The translations under genes and the position numbers were made by a program. From positions 36,642,001-36,706,000 of the forward strand of contig OX597833.1 of NCBI GenBank assembly GCA_951406725.2: DNA of 64,000 bases. Reading direction: 5' to 3'. Under the pieces are notes generated by a model. It saw only the letters and a program-made list of their open reading frames with translations. It was not told the DNA's origin and did no database searches. The DNA is from Octopus vulgaris (lineage: Eukaryota). This document shows positions 13,470 through 26,137 of this stretch, piece by piece. Position 1 is the first letter of the stretch; the number at the start of each line of letters is the position of its first letter.

Positions 13470-13527
13470 GTATATCGGTTATTGAACTAATCCCCGTATA
13501 CATAAACAGACATACCAACAATCCAAC

Positions 13528-13611
13528 ACACCTCCATCATCAGCTGCCCCACCGATATCATTATGGTTTCGATGCCTGGTCAGTGCCAATCAATCCGGCG
13601 GTGTCTACATG
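13528..13611 (-). ncRNA. Permuted hammerhead ribozyme-like motif (family C)
   Basis: Minus strand: catgt-aga-caccg..tgg-c-a-ctgacc-a-ggcatc-GAAA-cca..cggtg-gggcag-CTGATGA-tgga-ggtgt; position 16.1 is C and stem I has one mismatch. Confidence 0.6.
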
Positions 13612-14235
13612 AGTCTTGTACGTGTTGTTTTGGCGCAATCATACCAAAGAAACGCCAGTTATCAAGCATGTTTACTCTGTAAATAAATTCAATATGTGTC
13701 TCAATAACCAACCCCTAAATATGTAGGGAATGGGTAAAGGAAAACATTCTTTCCAAGACAGGAGAGTGCAAGGTATGTGTGTGTGTGTGGGGGGGGGTAT
13801 GTGCGTGCGTTCAGCTCTGTGTGTATTGAGTGGTTGTGGCTGTTTATGTATGTGTTTGGTTTGACTTAGTATCGCCTAAGGTCATAGGAATTATTTTTAG
13901 TAAGAATTTTGGTAGGAATAGCTGTCTCTTGTGTGTCTCCTTAAATATATATATATATACATACCTCTAATTATATTCCTGTTTATACCTGTAATTATTG
14001 TGGCTCTGGGATACGTAACACGCTGCCTAAATACTAGTCTTGAGCAATTGGGCTTCTGAAAACCAGAAAGTAGAAAGCTAATTCGAAGACTACAGATCTA
14101 GTCCATCAATGCAACTGTAAATATCTGTGAAACTTTCCAGAAGGTTATCATTTAAATATATATGAGCATGTCTAGATATATAACTATATGCATCCTAAAT
14201 ACATACATAAGACATACAAATTTATACATATATAG

Positions 14236-14641
14236 ATACATACATACATACATACATAAATACATACATACATACATACATACATACATACATACATACA
14301 TACATACATACATACATACATACATACATACGTACGTAAGTACGTACGTACGTACAAAATACCCTGTTGTTGATGTTGAAGTTCCAATGAAAGAACCTTG
14401 GATCTAGGTTAGAACCCGGTTCTTTCTCTATTGGCAAGAAATCTTGAAATAAACGGAATAATGACATATATATACATATATACATACATACATACACACA
14501 TACACACACACATACATACACACATACACACATACATACATACATACATACATACATACATACATACATACATACATACATACATACATACATACATACA
14601 TACATACATACATACATACATACATACATACATACATACAT
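14236..14641. repeat. (TACA)n tracts flanking a ~110-bp structured insert (14356-14467)
   Basis: Direct inspection. Confidence 0.9.
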
Positions 14642-15286
14642 AGAAAACTGAACAATGACATACATACGTATTTATAGAGAAAGGGATACGTAGGGATGGG
14701 TATGCAGACAGACAAATAGATTGATGGATAAATAAAAATAATCAAGTGTTCTGCTTCGTTGATGCAAAGCGATAAACACGAGCGAATTCCATTGTCCAAT
14801 AGTCTATAGTGTTTGTTTTCGTCACAAACGTCTGCAAGCATCTGTGATTGCAATGATCTGCGCACGAAGCTCTCTCTTTTAACTGTCAGACATCCGCTCT
14901 CACTTTTATTCTTTTGTGAATGTCTGTGGGTACCTGGGTGTATTTATATCAGTATGTACAAATGGGATTATCACTCCAGATTTGTGTATGTGAAAACACA
15001 CGCAAGCGATTGCATGTATGTGTGAGTGCATTGTAGCATATGTATAGGTGTTTATGAGTATGCGTCAATGCATATGTGTGTATGTATGTATGTATGTATG
15101 TATGTATGTATGTATGTGTGTGTGTGCCAGTGTGTTGAAATATAAAAGTCTGTTCGCGCATAAGTATGCGTTAGTATATATATGTATCAGTGAAAAATAT
15201 CTATGTTTGCGTGTGCGCATGCATACACATGCGCTGGGGTGAAACTGATGCTTTCCCACAGTATACATATATGTATATATACATAC

Positions 15287-15375
<89 letters not shown>

Positions 15376-15442
15376 ACGTGGTATAGTTATTATTTTAAGG
15401 GCAAATGGTAGTGAAAGGCTATTTGATTTATATGGTAGCTAG

Positions 15443-15490
<48 letters not shown>

Positions 15491-15822
15491 GATCCACAGT
15501 GGTGATGGCTACACCCCACAACTGGGTGGCTTGCTATAAAGTTGATGTTGGAGGAACCTGGGGGAGTGTAAGGTTGCAGTATGAGACAGCAATATGTAGT
15601 GAGAAGTGGGGTTGTGTCTGAGGCACCCGATTTTCAGTTATAAGGATCAGCTAATTAATTAATTAATTAATTCAGAAATACAAGTACCCGTATGGATGTA
15701 TGAATATACTCGGGAAGTAGAAATTAGAGAAAAAAACAGACAAGGAGAGAAAAAACTGGAGAAAGGGAACATGCATATGTTTATCAAACGGTTATGTGTG
15801 CGCGCGTGTGTATATGTATACA

Positions 15823-16213
15823 CTACACCATACGACATTACACATCACATCAAACATACATACACACGTCCAGACCTTTCATACGCACTACATACTTTCT
15901 CATACACACACGCACCCTTATGTTAGGGCGAAGTCATTTGAACCTGTTATCTCCCCTACTTTCGCTCTCACGTCTGATTTCTGACTTCTGGCCGGAATCA
16001 GATCGCCATGTTGAATCGCTAGCTTCTGCGCGCATTTTTTTTCTCTCCTTGTTTCTCTCCGTGTTTTTTTTTCTGTGTATCTTTCTGTCAAAGAGCGTAG
16101 GCTCGAAATGTAAAAGACTTGTTTTATTTATATTCCTGAGCGCCATACTAATACAATTGTTTGTTTGTACCCCACCTGCCTTTGTCTTTTGTTTATTTTC
16201 ATAAAGCTTCCCG
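15823..16213 (+). mobile_element. Penelope-like terminal-repeat element, family D (decayed hammerhead at 16080-16117)
   Basis: Homologous to 18066-18512; tcttt-ctgtcaa-a-gagc-gtag-gctc-gaaatgta-aaaga; ends at (TA)n. Confidence 0.7.
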
Positions 16214-16214
16214 T

Positions 16215-16304
<90 letters not shown>

Positions 16305-16389
16305 CATATGTATATATAAGTATATATACATATATATATATACACATACAAAATACATATTCACACACACATTATATATAACTTATACA

Positions 16390-16434
<45 letters not shown>

Positions 16435-16571
16435 TTTATATTATATTGAGGGTACTACTATTCGTAAATACCAACACGCTAAGAGGGACCAATGCGGTCA
16501 AAACTACTAAAAATAAACAAAATTTTACCGAATGCAAAACTTCAAAACACATCATTTTAAAAAAGAATTCA

Positions 16572-16635
16572 GTTACATATCAGATGTGATTTCGCATTTA
16601 ATGCAGAATATGCATTTCATGTTCATCAGTGCAAC
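16572..16635 (-). ncRNA. Type I hammerhead ribozyme with insertion after A9
   Basis: Minus strand: gttgca-CTGATGA-acatgaaatgcatattct-gcat-taa-atgc-GAAA-tca-catc-tga-TA-tgtaac; all three stems pair. Confidence 0.7.
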
Positions 16636-16839
16636 AAACTCAAGAAATATAAGAGAAAACATAACATTACAAGCTCGATAGCCAACCGTAGAATTCGTCG
16701 TAGCATGTACGAATGTTTATCTTTACTTATCTATGAAAATGGCGGGCTTATTCGCAATGCATTTCGGTAACAAATTGTCTAGTCGGAATAAAAATTCAGT
16801 ATTGAACTATTCCGGTGAATATATATATATATATAGAGG

Positions 16840-16871
<32 letters not shown>

Positions 16872-18065
16872 TACAGAAAACGCATGCCTGTGTGCATTTA
16901 ACTGCTTCTTTCTGACCATGTATTAATATGCTTTTGTATGTGCATGTAAAAGTACGTGAGAGATTGTAGGTGGATGATCAAGAGAAATACCTGATGATCA
17001 AAACACTATTCTGTAATGTCATATCAACTAATCAGTATACAGTGCAGATATATTTTGGTGAGTAAACCAACGTACTGTTTTTTACATTAAAAGCATAACA
17101 CCTGTCCAGACCCTTAAACGTTTAGTTGTGAAAAGTCCCCGTTGTTTAAATAGATGTGATGAGAAAGTAATGAGAGAAAATAACGAGAAGCATTGTACAA
17201 TACTGGTGTTTGTGTAGCCTGCGGAGCTGAGCTTAAAACCTTTCATAGAGCTGAAAAAATCAACAACACACGACAGTGAAGAGAATTTATCGCAGGCAGT
17301 TCTACAGCTTCATTCTTTGTAACGATGAATATACATTTAGTATGATATACATATACATTTTGTATGATATACAAATAGTGATTTTGATTGAATGCTGTTT
17401 CAATTTGCATATATCAAGATTTTAGACAGCCTGGTAAGCTTCCACGATACCAATGAATGTTTGATTCGTTGTTTCCTCCGCATAACGAAGTACGAGTTTC
17501 GTTTAAGCAGATGTCAGTTGAATACACAGTAGTGACAAGCCTCAGTTAAAGCGAAAAGCCTCTGTCATTCTCGTGTGTCACTGCAGCGTCTACATTCGTT
17601 TCACTCCGATATATAGTGTTTTGAACATGAGTCTATGAAGAGATTTTATTTCAGACAATTTCACATCTTCGTGCCTTCTAGCCGTATGTATACATTTAGC
17701 ATGATACACAGATGGTGATTTAAAAAAAAAAAAAAGAGGATTTTTGAAGAGATGAGAAAAACAGTTAACAAGAAGAAAAAAGAGAATACCTGACAATGCA
17801 ACATTGGCTGCCACGAGGGAGAAAAGAAAGACAATGAGAGTTGAAATTGATAGTGAGAGAAAAAAGTGACAAGTTACTTTCAACACAAAGAGGGGGCGGA
17901 ATAATACAGATGATGAGGAAGGGCAGATGTTTATGTATATATATATATATATATACATATACACACACATATACATCTGTATATATACACACATATATAT
18001 ACACATATACATACATATGCAAACACATACGTGTATGTATATGTATATATATATATATACATACA

Positions 18066-18511
18066 CATATCACATCACAACACACCACCCACACACCCAT
18101 CCCCACATCGCCACACCCACACATACATACATACATACACACGTCCAGACCACCAGCCCTCTTTCACACGCACATACATACTCCCTTATACACACACGCA
18201 CCTTTGTGTTGGGGGCACCTTCGTTTTCGAAGTCACTTGACCCTGTTATCTCCCCCACTGTCCCTTTAGCGTCTGACCTCTGACCTCTGCCCGAAGTCAG
18301 AACGCCATGATAGATCGTTAGCTCCTACACGCATTTTTTTTCTCTCCTTGTTTCTCTCCTTGTTTTTTTCTGAGTATCTTTCTGTCGAAGAGCGTAGGCT
18401 CGAAACGTAAAAGACTTGTTCTATTTCTATTCCTGAGCGCCATACTAATACATTTGTTTGTTTGTACTCCACCTGCCTTCGTCTTTTGTTTATTTTCGTA
18501 AACCTTCCCGT

Positions 18512-18512
<1 letters not shown>
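18066..18512 (+). mobile_element. Penelope-like terminal-repeat element, family D
   Basis: CA-rich head, hammerhead motif, 3' end ttcgtaaaccttcccg abutting (TA)n; relatives at 15823, 53040 and 61893. Confidence 0.72.
18377..18414 (+). ncRNA. Minimal type I hammerhead ribozyme, U6 core variant
   Basis: tcttt-CTGTCGA-a-gagc-gtag-gctc-GAAA-cg-TA-aaaga: 5-bp stem I, 4-bp stem II, palindromic ACGU stem III as in Penelope hammerheads. Confidence 0.7.
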
Positions 18513-18557
<45 letters not shown>

Positions 18558-18623
18558 AATATACATATATATACACATATATATATACACACGTATATAT
18601 ATATATATACATATATGCATATT

Positions 18624-18976
18624 TAGGCTGACAGTACCCTGTTTGGGCCCCTATCCAGGGTTACGGAAAGGAGACAACCTTCAAAGAAATCCCGTGTGGA
18701 GCCCCGTAGGCGGTTTAGGCGGTTCGACACTCTTCCGGTAGTTCCTGCAACCAAGCTGATGCCAAACGTAATGCTCTGCACTCCTTTAGATTTCGTCAGC
18801 AAGGTCGAGAGAGGAATGCTGACGATTGGGCTACCCAGAATTTTCTTACAACTAACCCAGGCCTGCGCAAGACTGGAGAGGTAACTGGAGAGGACATGAA
18901 ATGTAAAACCAGGCTGGATTAGTTTGTGCGCAACTCCATTGTCTCCCGAGACAAAAGGATGCCAAGAAGAACAACA
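18624..18976 (+). mobile_element. GC-richer non-autonomous RTE-like element (5' UTR joined to 3' end)
   Basis: gcaaccaagctgatgccaaacgtaatgctctgcactcc resembles RTE 5' UTRs (from memory); aagaagaacaacaa tail. Confidence 0.4.
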
Positions 18977-19007
<31 letters not shown>

Positions 19008-19049
19008 CATACATACATGCTACAGACACACACACACACACACACACAA

Positions 19050-19830
19050 ACATGTCATTTTTAATGAAACTGCGTACTAATCTGCATAAAGGTTTTAAAA
19101 TTAGGTCCAACAAGTTGCTTAATCTTTCGGTTCTGGATGCTGGTCCTGCAATAATCGGACGCAATTTGAGAACAGTTGGTTTGGGAATCTTTATATGTAG
19201 AGTATGGAGGTATTTTAAGCTGTTGTTGATTTGTTTGGACTTATCGATTTTAGGAAGTCCATAAAAATTACTTGTTTTCACTTCAAAATTGGTTAGGTAA
19301 CCCAACTCCTTGAATTTGTTGGTAAATTTGCCAATTTTGCTCATAGTTAGTTTATCAGCATTGTTATCTAGTTTTCTGTAGAATTACTGGTCATTGAGTT
19401 GTTCTAAGACCATTTCCTTGTAATGGGTCTTGTTCATTATTACAATGGCTTTTCCTTTGTCAGCTTCTTTAATGATTAAAGATGAGTCTTCTTGTACACA
19501 TTGTAATACTCCTTGTTCCTTATCAGTAACATTTTGTTTTAAAGGTTTTGCTGGAATGCTTGTGTTAGCAGACCTTTTCAGGCATATTATATATTCCTCC
19601 CGGTGTTTGTTTCTGTTTATAGGAGGTTTAAAACCTGTTTTGTTTTGCGCAAGCGATGGATCATCGTTGTAATTGCTTTGAAACAATTCCTGTAGGCTAA
19701 GTTTTCTGCAAAATTCCTTGATATCTTTTATAAGTCTGTTGTGTTGTATATAGGAGGTGACGTGAATTTTAGATGATGTTGTAGAATTTTTATTTCACTT
19801 TCCATAAGAGGTTGATTATTTTGGGATCAG
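19050..19830 (-). pseudogene. Penelope-like reverse transcriptase N-terminal fragment
   Basis: SLIIKEADKGKAIVIMNKTHY...NFYGLPKIDK...LRPIIAGPASRTERLSNLLDLILKPL...SFIKN: PLE RT motifs. Confidence 0.88.
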
Positions 19831-19893
19831 TTGGTCCAATATGTTCTTAACGATACACACACACACACATATATATATATACACACATATATA

Positions 19894-20908
<1,015 letters not shown>

Positions 20909-21270
20909 ATACGTCTCAACGTGGGTAGTAGGTAGGTAGGTAGGTAGGTAGGTAGGTAGGTAGGTAGGTAGGTAGGTAGGTAAGGAGGTAAGTAGGTGGA
21001 TAGGGATGTATGGATAGATAGGTGAAAATATGGATAGATAGGTGAAAATATGGATAGATGAATGGGTGAATAGACGAATAGACGGAGAAACAGATAAATA
21101 GGTAGATAGATGGTTTAATTCATACATAGTTATATCTTTGTAGAGTTCTTGCATCCAAATGGGTTTTTAAATCCAATGTTTACAAGTTCTTATTTATAGT
21201 TTTATGTGTCTGCTTCGAGACAGACCAAAACAAACAAAAAGAAAGAATTAGTTTATAAATATTTGTACAT

Positions 21271-21690
21271 AGACGCAGGAGTGGCTGTGTGGTAAGTAGC
21301 TTGCTTACCAACCACATGGTTCCGGGTTCAGTCCCACTGCGTGGCATCTTGGGCAAGTGTCTTCTGCTATAGCCCCGGGCCGACCAATGCCTTGTGAGTG
21401 GATTTGCTAGACGGAAACTGAAAGAAGCCTGTCGTATATATGTATATATATATATGTATGTGTGTGTATGTGTTTGTGTGTCTGTGTTTGTCCCCCTAGC
21501 ATTGCTTGACAACCGATGCTGGTGTGTTTACGTTCCCATGACTTAGCGGTTCGGCAAAAGAGAACGATAAAATAAGTACTGGGCTTACAAAGAATAAGTC
21601 CCGGGGTCGATTTGCTCGACTAAAGGTGGTGCTCCAGCATGGCCGCAGTCAAATGACTGAAACATGTAAAAGAGTAAAAGAGTAAAGAGT
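21271..21690 (+). mobile_element. Full-length major tRNA-derived SINE
   Basis: gcaggagtggctgtgtggtaag (A box), gggttcagtccc (B box), LINE-like 3' tail. Confidence 0.92.
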
Positions 21691-21691
21691 A

Positions 21692-22057
21692 TAGGCGAAG
21701 GGGTGGTAATGTGGTACGAAGTTTTCCTTCCAATCACATGACTCCCATGTTCAGTCCCACAGCGTGACACATTGGGCTAGTGTCTGCAACTACAATTTCT
21801 GACCAACTAAAGCCTCGTGAGTCTTTTTGGTAGATGGAAACCGAAAGAAGCCTGTCAAATATATATAACATTGTGCCTGTGTTCGTCCCCAAACACTGCT
21901 TGACAACTGGTGTCGATGTTTTTTACGATCCGTAACTTAGCGGTTCGGCAATAAACTAAATACTAGGATTTTGAAAAGACGTAACTGAGTTCGATTTATT
22001 CGACTACAATTCTTCAGAGCAGTGCTCCAGAATGGCCGCAGTACATTGATTGAACGA
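21692..22057 (+). mobile_element. Older diverged copy of the major SINE
   Basis: Collinear similarity to 21271-21690. Confidence 0.8.
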
Positions 22058-22063
22058 AGTTTT

Positions 22064-22120
<57 letters not shown>

Positions 22121-22150
22121 CAGACAGACAAATAGATAGACAGACAGATG

Positions 22151-22226
<76 letters not shown>
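22064..22226. repeat. (TAGA)n microsatellite
   Basis: Direct inspection. Confidence 0.95.
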
Positions 22227-22286
22227 TACTCATACACGCACACTAACACACATACATATATGCATACACAGATACATGTAAGTATA

Positions 22287-22473
22287 TGTGTGGTAAGAAG
22301 CTCGCTTGCTAGCCACACGGTTCCGGGTTCGGTTCTACTGCGTCGCACCTTGGACAAGTTTCCTCTTCTACTATAGCCCCGTATAAATGTGTAAATATGT
22401 CTGTGAACGTGTTTTTGTATGTGGGTGTGTGTGTATGTGTATACATGTTTGTGTGTGTGTGTGTGTACATGTT

Positions 22474-22504
<31 letters not shown>

Positions 22505-22672
22505 CTTTGTGTATGTTTGTCCTCCCACCATTGCTTAACAACCGACGTTGGTGTGTTTATATCCCCGTAACCGACCGGCTCGGCAAAAGTGACCGATAGA
22601 GTAATTACCAGGCTTTAAAAAAATATGCATTGGGGTCGATACATTTGAATAAAATTTCGATGCTGAGCCCCA
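22287..22672 (+). mobile_element. Diverged, internally deleted major SINE
   Basis: tgtgtggtaagaagctcgcttg..ccacacggttccgggttcgg..cggctcggcaaaagtgaccgataga. Confidence 0.8.
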
Positions 22673-22693
22673 GATAAAGAAGATATATATATA

Positions 22694-22995
22694 TATATAC
22701 CAATTAAGGACTGAACACGAAAAGTGGACAGTCAACATGCTAGATATAGACGTCAAATCGCCATTCTCCACAAAGAGTATGTTCTCAAATAAAACTCAGC
22801 ACAAAACCAAAGCATTAAACAAGACAAATGAAAATATACGAAATTTCGTATATTTTCATTTGTCTTGTTTCATTTGCTTTGGTTTTGAGCTGAGTTTTAT
22901 TTGAGAACATACTCTTTGTGGAGAATGGCGATTTGACGTCTATATCTAGCATGTTGACTGTCCACTTTTCGTGTTCAGTCCTTAATTGGTATATA
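22694..22995. repeat. Near-perfect ~300-bp palindrome with no spacer
   Basis: Centre cgaaa|tttcg at 22843/22844; arms differ only by a few substitutions and a 2-nt indel. Confidence 0.95.
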
Positions 22996-23081
22996 TAAAT
23001 ATTTTAATCTTCGGATTCTTTTTAATATGCTAGACCACTGGTTTTAATTGACTAATATCATTTTCTACCCTTAATTAATTT

Positions 23082-23149
<68 letters not shown>

Positions 23150-24101
23150 CTATATGAAGCACTTGGTCAGTTACACATGGTCATCCAAATGGAATCATTG
23201 TTTTTGCTGTTGACAGTAGACTGTATTTCAAATAGTGCTCAAATAGTATAACATGTTTAGACATTTGACACGGTAACTTTCCGCCCATATACTGCCTTTG
23301 TCTCTTAGACTATTTAATCAAAAGGAAAGAAGAAAAGCCAACTGTATCAGGCGCGATTTGAACCCAGTAAGCTGGAGTGTGAAACAAATGCACACCACAC
23401 GGCACACATACACGGAGACGCACACAACTATATCTATATAGCACACAGCTATAGACCAAGTGGTTATCGTCAATTGTTTTGGGATGATAGATAATGCAAA
23501 ATAACCCCAACCAGGAAGAGTTGAAATAAACTAGTAAACAGTTAAAGAGAGAGACAGAGAGAGACAGAGAGAGAGGCAGACAGACATAGAGAAAGAGAGA
23601 AAGACAGAGAGCGAGAGGGGCAGAAAGACATAGAGAAAGACAGAAAGAGAGGGACAGAGAAATAGTCAGAATGAAAAAGAGCCAGGGAGAGAGACAAGGA
23701 GGAAGTGGGGAGAAGGAAGAGAACAATAAAGAGGGAGGAAGGGAAACGCTAAGATAAGCAGAGGTAGGTTGCGGAGGGTAGGAAGATAAAGATACACTTA
23801 GTAAAGCAGTCTTTAAGCAGACGACACGCTACCACGTGACCAACTGGAAAGAGCAGACGACATATCAGTTCAAGAACGCTCAGGAAAACATGGAGACAAA
23901 AGGTACGTTTATCTCTCTGACACACATGCATACGGTAAGTTAATTTTTTTTTGTTATATATCAAAGAAAATTTAGGAAAATAACGATTCTGACAATATTA
24001 TGTAGCTACTTGTTGACTAGAGTTACGCGGTATTTGTATCTAGTATGTGCATTTTTATGTGTACGTTTTTGTATTACAGAAATATATGTTTATATATATA
24101 T

Positions 24102-24201
<100 letters not shown>

Positions 24202-24454
24202 CATATGTATATATATATATGTATGTATATAATATGTGTGTATATATATATATCTGTATATATATATGTATGCATGTATGTATATAAGTGTGTGTGTGTG
24301 TGTGTGTGTGTGTGTATTATATAATGTGCATATGTTATTATTATAAATACATTTATAAATATACTATGTTTATATGCGTATAGAGAACGATACATATATT
24401 TAAATGTATATATATATGTGTGTGTGTGTGTGTGTGCTTATGTATGTATGTATG

Positions 24455-25303
24455 TATATAATATAAAATCCGTTCTGTCTGTCTGTGTGTGTGTGTTCTA
24501 GTATCTCGGGCATCCTCCATCCGATTGCGCTCAAATTTGATATGTAGATACCGCCGGTATCAAGGCATGTATAAGCCTTGAAAAAATTACAAAAATCGAT
24601 TCCAGGTGAGAATATCGATCGATAAAGCCGTGGGAACGTGAATTTGTACGCGCAAGTACATCAGGAATGTGGTTTACAAAGATGCACTACACTAGCCATT
24701 CCATGCCCTCGAACATCCCGTAAAGTAAGTTTAAAATTAGTTTAAAATTAGTTAAAATTAGTTACTTAGTTCCCTAGGTTGTTGTTTTTCATCAAAAATC
24801 GCCCCAAGTTGATTTCCTACATGTTTTATCGGATAAACTTATTATTGTCCCAGGTACGTTCTCATAAATTCATCATGCTTTTCCATCTAGAGTTACCTTC
24901 AGCTAACCCATTTGCATGCATCGTCTTGGTCCTGCTTTTCTTCTGTCAACCTGTACATAACTGCACCTTCAATTTTTTGTTGTTTTTGTACTGCTTAAAA
25001 TCACGTTTCTTTCCTGCCAAGCTTACTGTTTAAACAATGTTTGTGTCCTCCTAGTCAACAGCCTTATCATTACTGGTACTTTAAACTCTTCGGTTGCATA
25101 TTTGTGTAAATAAAATCGTTTTCCTTTGGAATAGAAAAAAAGCCTATCTTTATTTCTTCTTTTGGTGGTGTCTCAAATTTAGGTTAAATCAGTGTTTCTC
25201 AAAGGGGGGGTGCTATGGGACGGTCGGACAAGTTGTTTTGAGAATATTTGGTTCAAATGTTTGACAACTCAGCACCATCCATTAGACGGGGGTGTTTTGC
25301 TCG
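24455..25303 (+). mobile_element. Non-autonomous Helitron (copy 1 of head-to-tail pair)
   Basis: ~190-bp 5' region shared with the 25304 copy; 3' imperfect hairpin ccatccattagacgg and CTCG end. Confidence 0.75.
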
Positions 25304-25852
25304 TCTATTATATAAAACCCGTTCTGTCTGTCTGTGTATGTCTTCTAGGATCTCGGGCATCCTCCATCCGATTGCGCTCAAATTTGATATGTAGATACCG
25401 ACGGTATCAGGGCATGTATAAGTCTTGAAAAAATTATAAAAATCGATTCCAGGTGAGAATGCGATCGATAAAGCCGTGGGAACGTGCATTTGTATGCGCA
25501 AGTACATCAGCTGTTGTGATCGATACTACGCGTACGCGAGAAAACTGCACGTGCAGTTTGCACAAAAAAGCCGGTTGGCTTGAAATAATGCCACAATATG
25601 CAGTATATTTAAGAGTCCCAAAAAGTAAGATGCAAAAGAGATCTTTTCTTCAAAATTGGCATGAAGGAAGGAAAAACTATTTGGTTCCTGAAGAAGTTTT
25701 TATTTTTTGCCTTAACTTCGTTTAACAAAACCAAAAATTTTATTGAAATAAAGGCATGCTTAATTATTTTTAAATGAAAACAAAACACTGATTGCTTTTT
25801 ATTCAGCAGATATGATTCAGCACCGTCCATTGGACGGGGAGCGTTTTGCTCG
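25304..25852 (+). mobile_element. Non-autonomous Helitron (copy 2)
   Basis: 5' TC, 3' hairpin ccgtcca-t-tggacgg (25823-25837), CTCG followed by T. Confidence 0.78.
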
Positions 25853-25870
25853 TATATATATATACATACA

Positions 25871-25906
<36 letters not shown>

Positions 25907-26046
25907 TATAAACATACATATATATATATGCGAGTATGTATTTGTATATATATATATATGTGTGTGTGTATGTGTATGTATGCATGTATGTACGTATGTA
26001 TATAAACATACATATATATATGCGAGTAAGTATTTGTATGTATATA

Positions 26047-26102
<56 letters not shown>

Positions 26103-26137
26103 TATAAATATATTTATATATATTTATCCATATATAT

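Noticed and set aside
12771-13620. CRISPR-like repeat-spacer pattern
   Set aside because: Eukaryotic context, 63-bp repeats, intervening DNA is duplicated microsatellite, no cas genes
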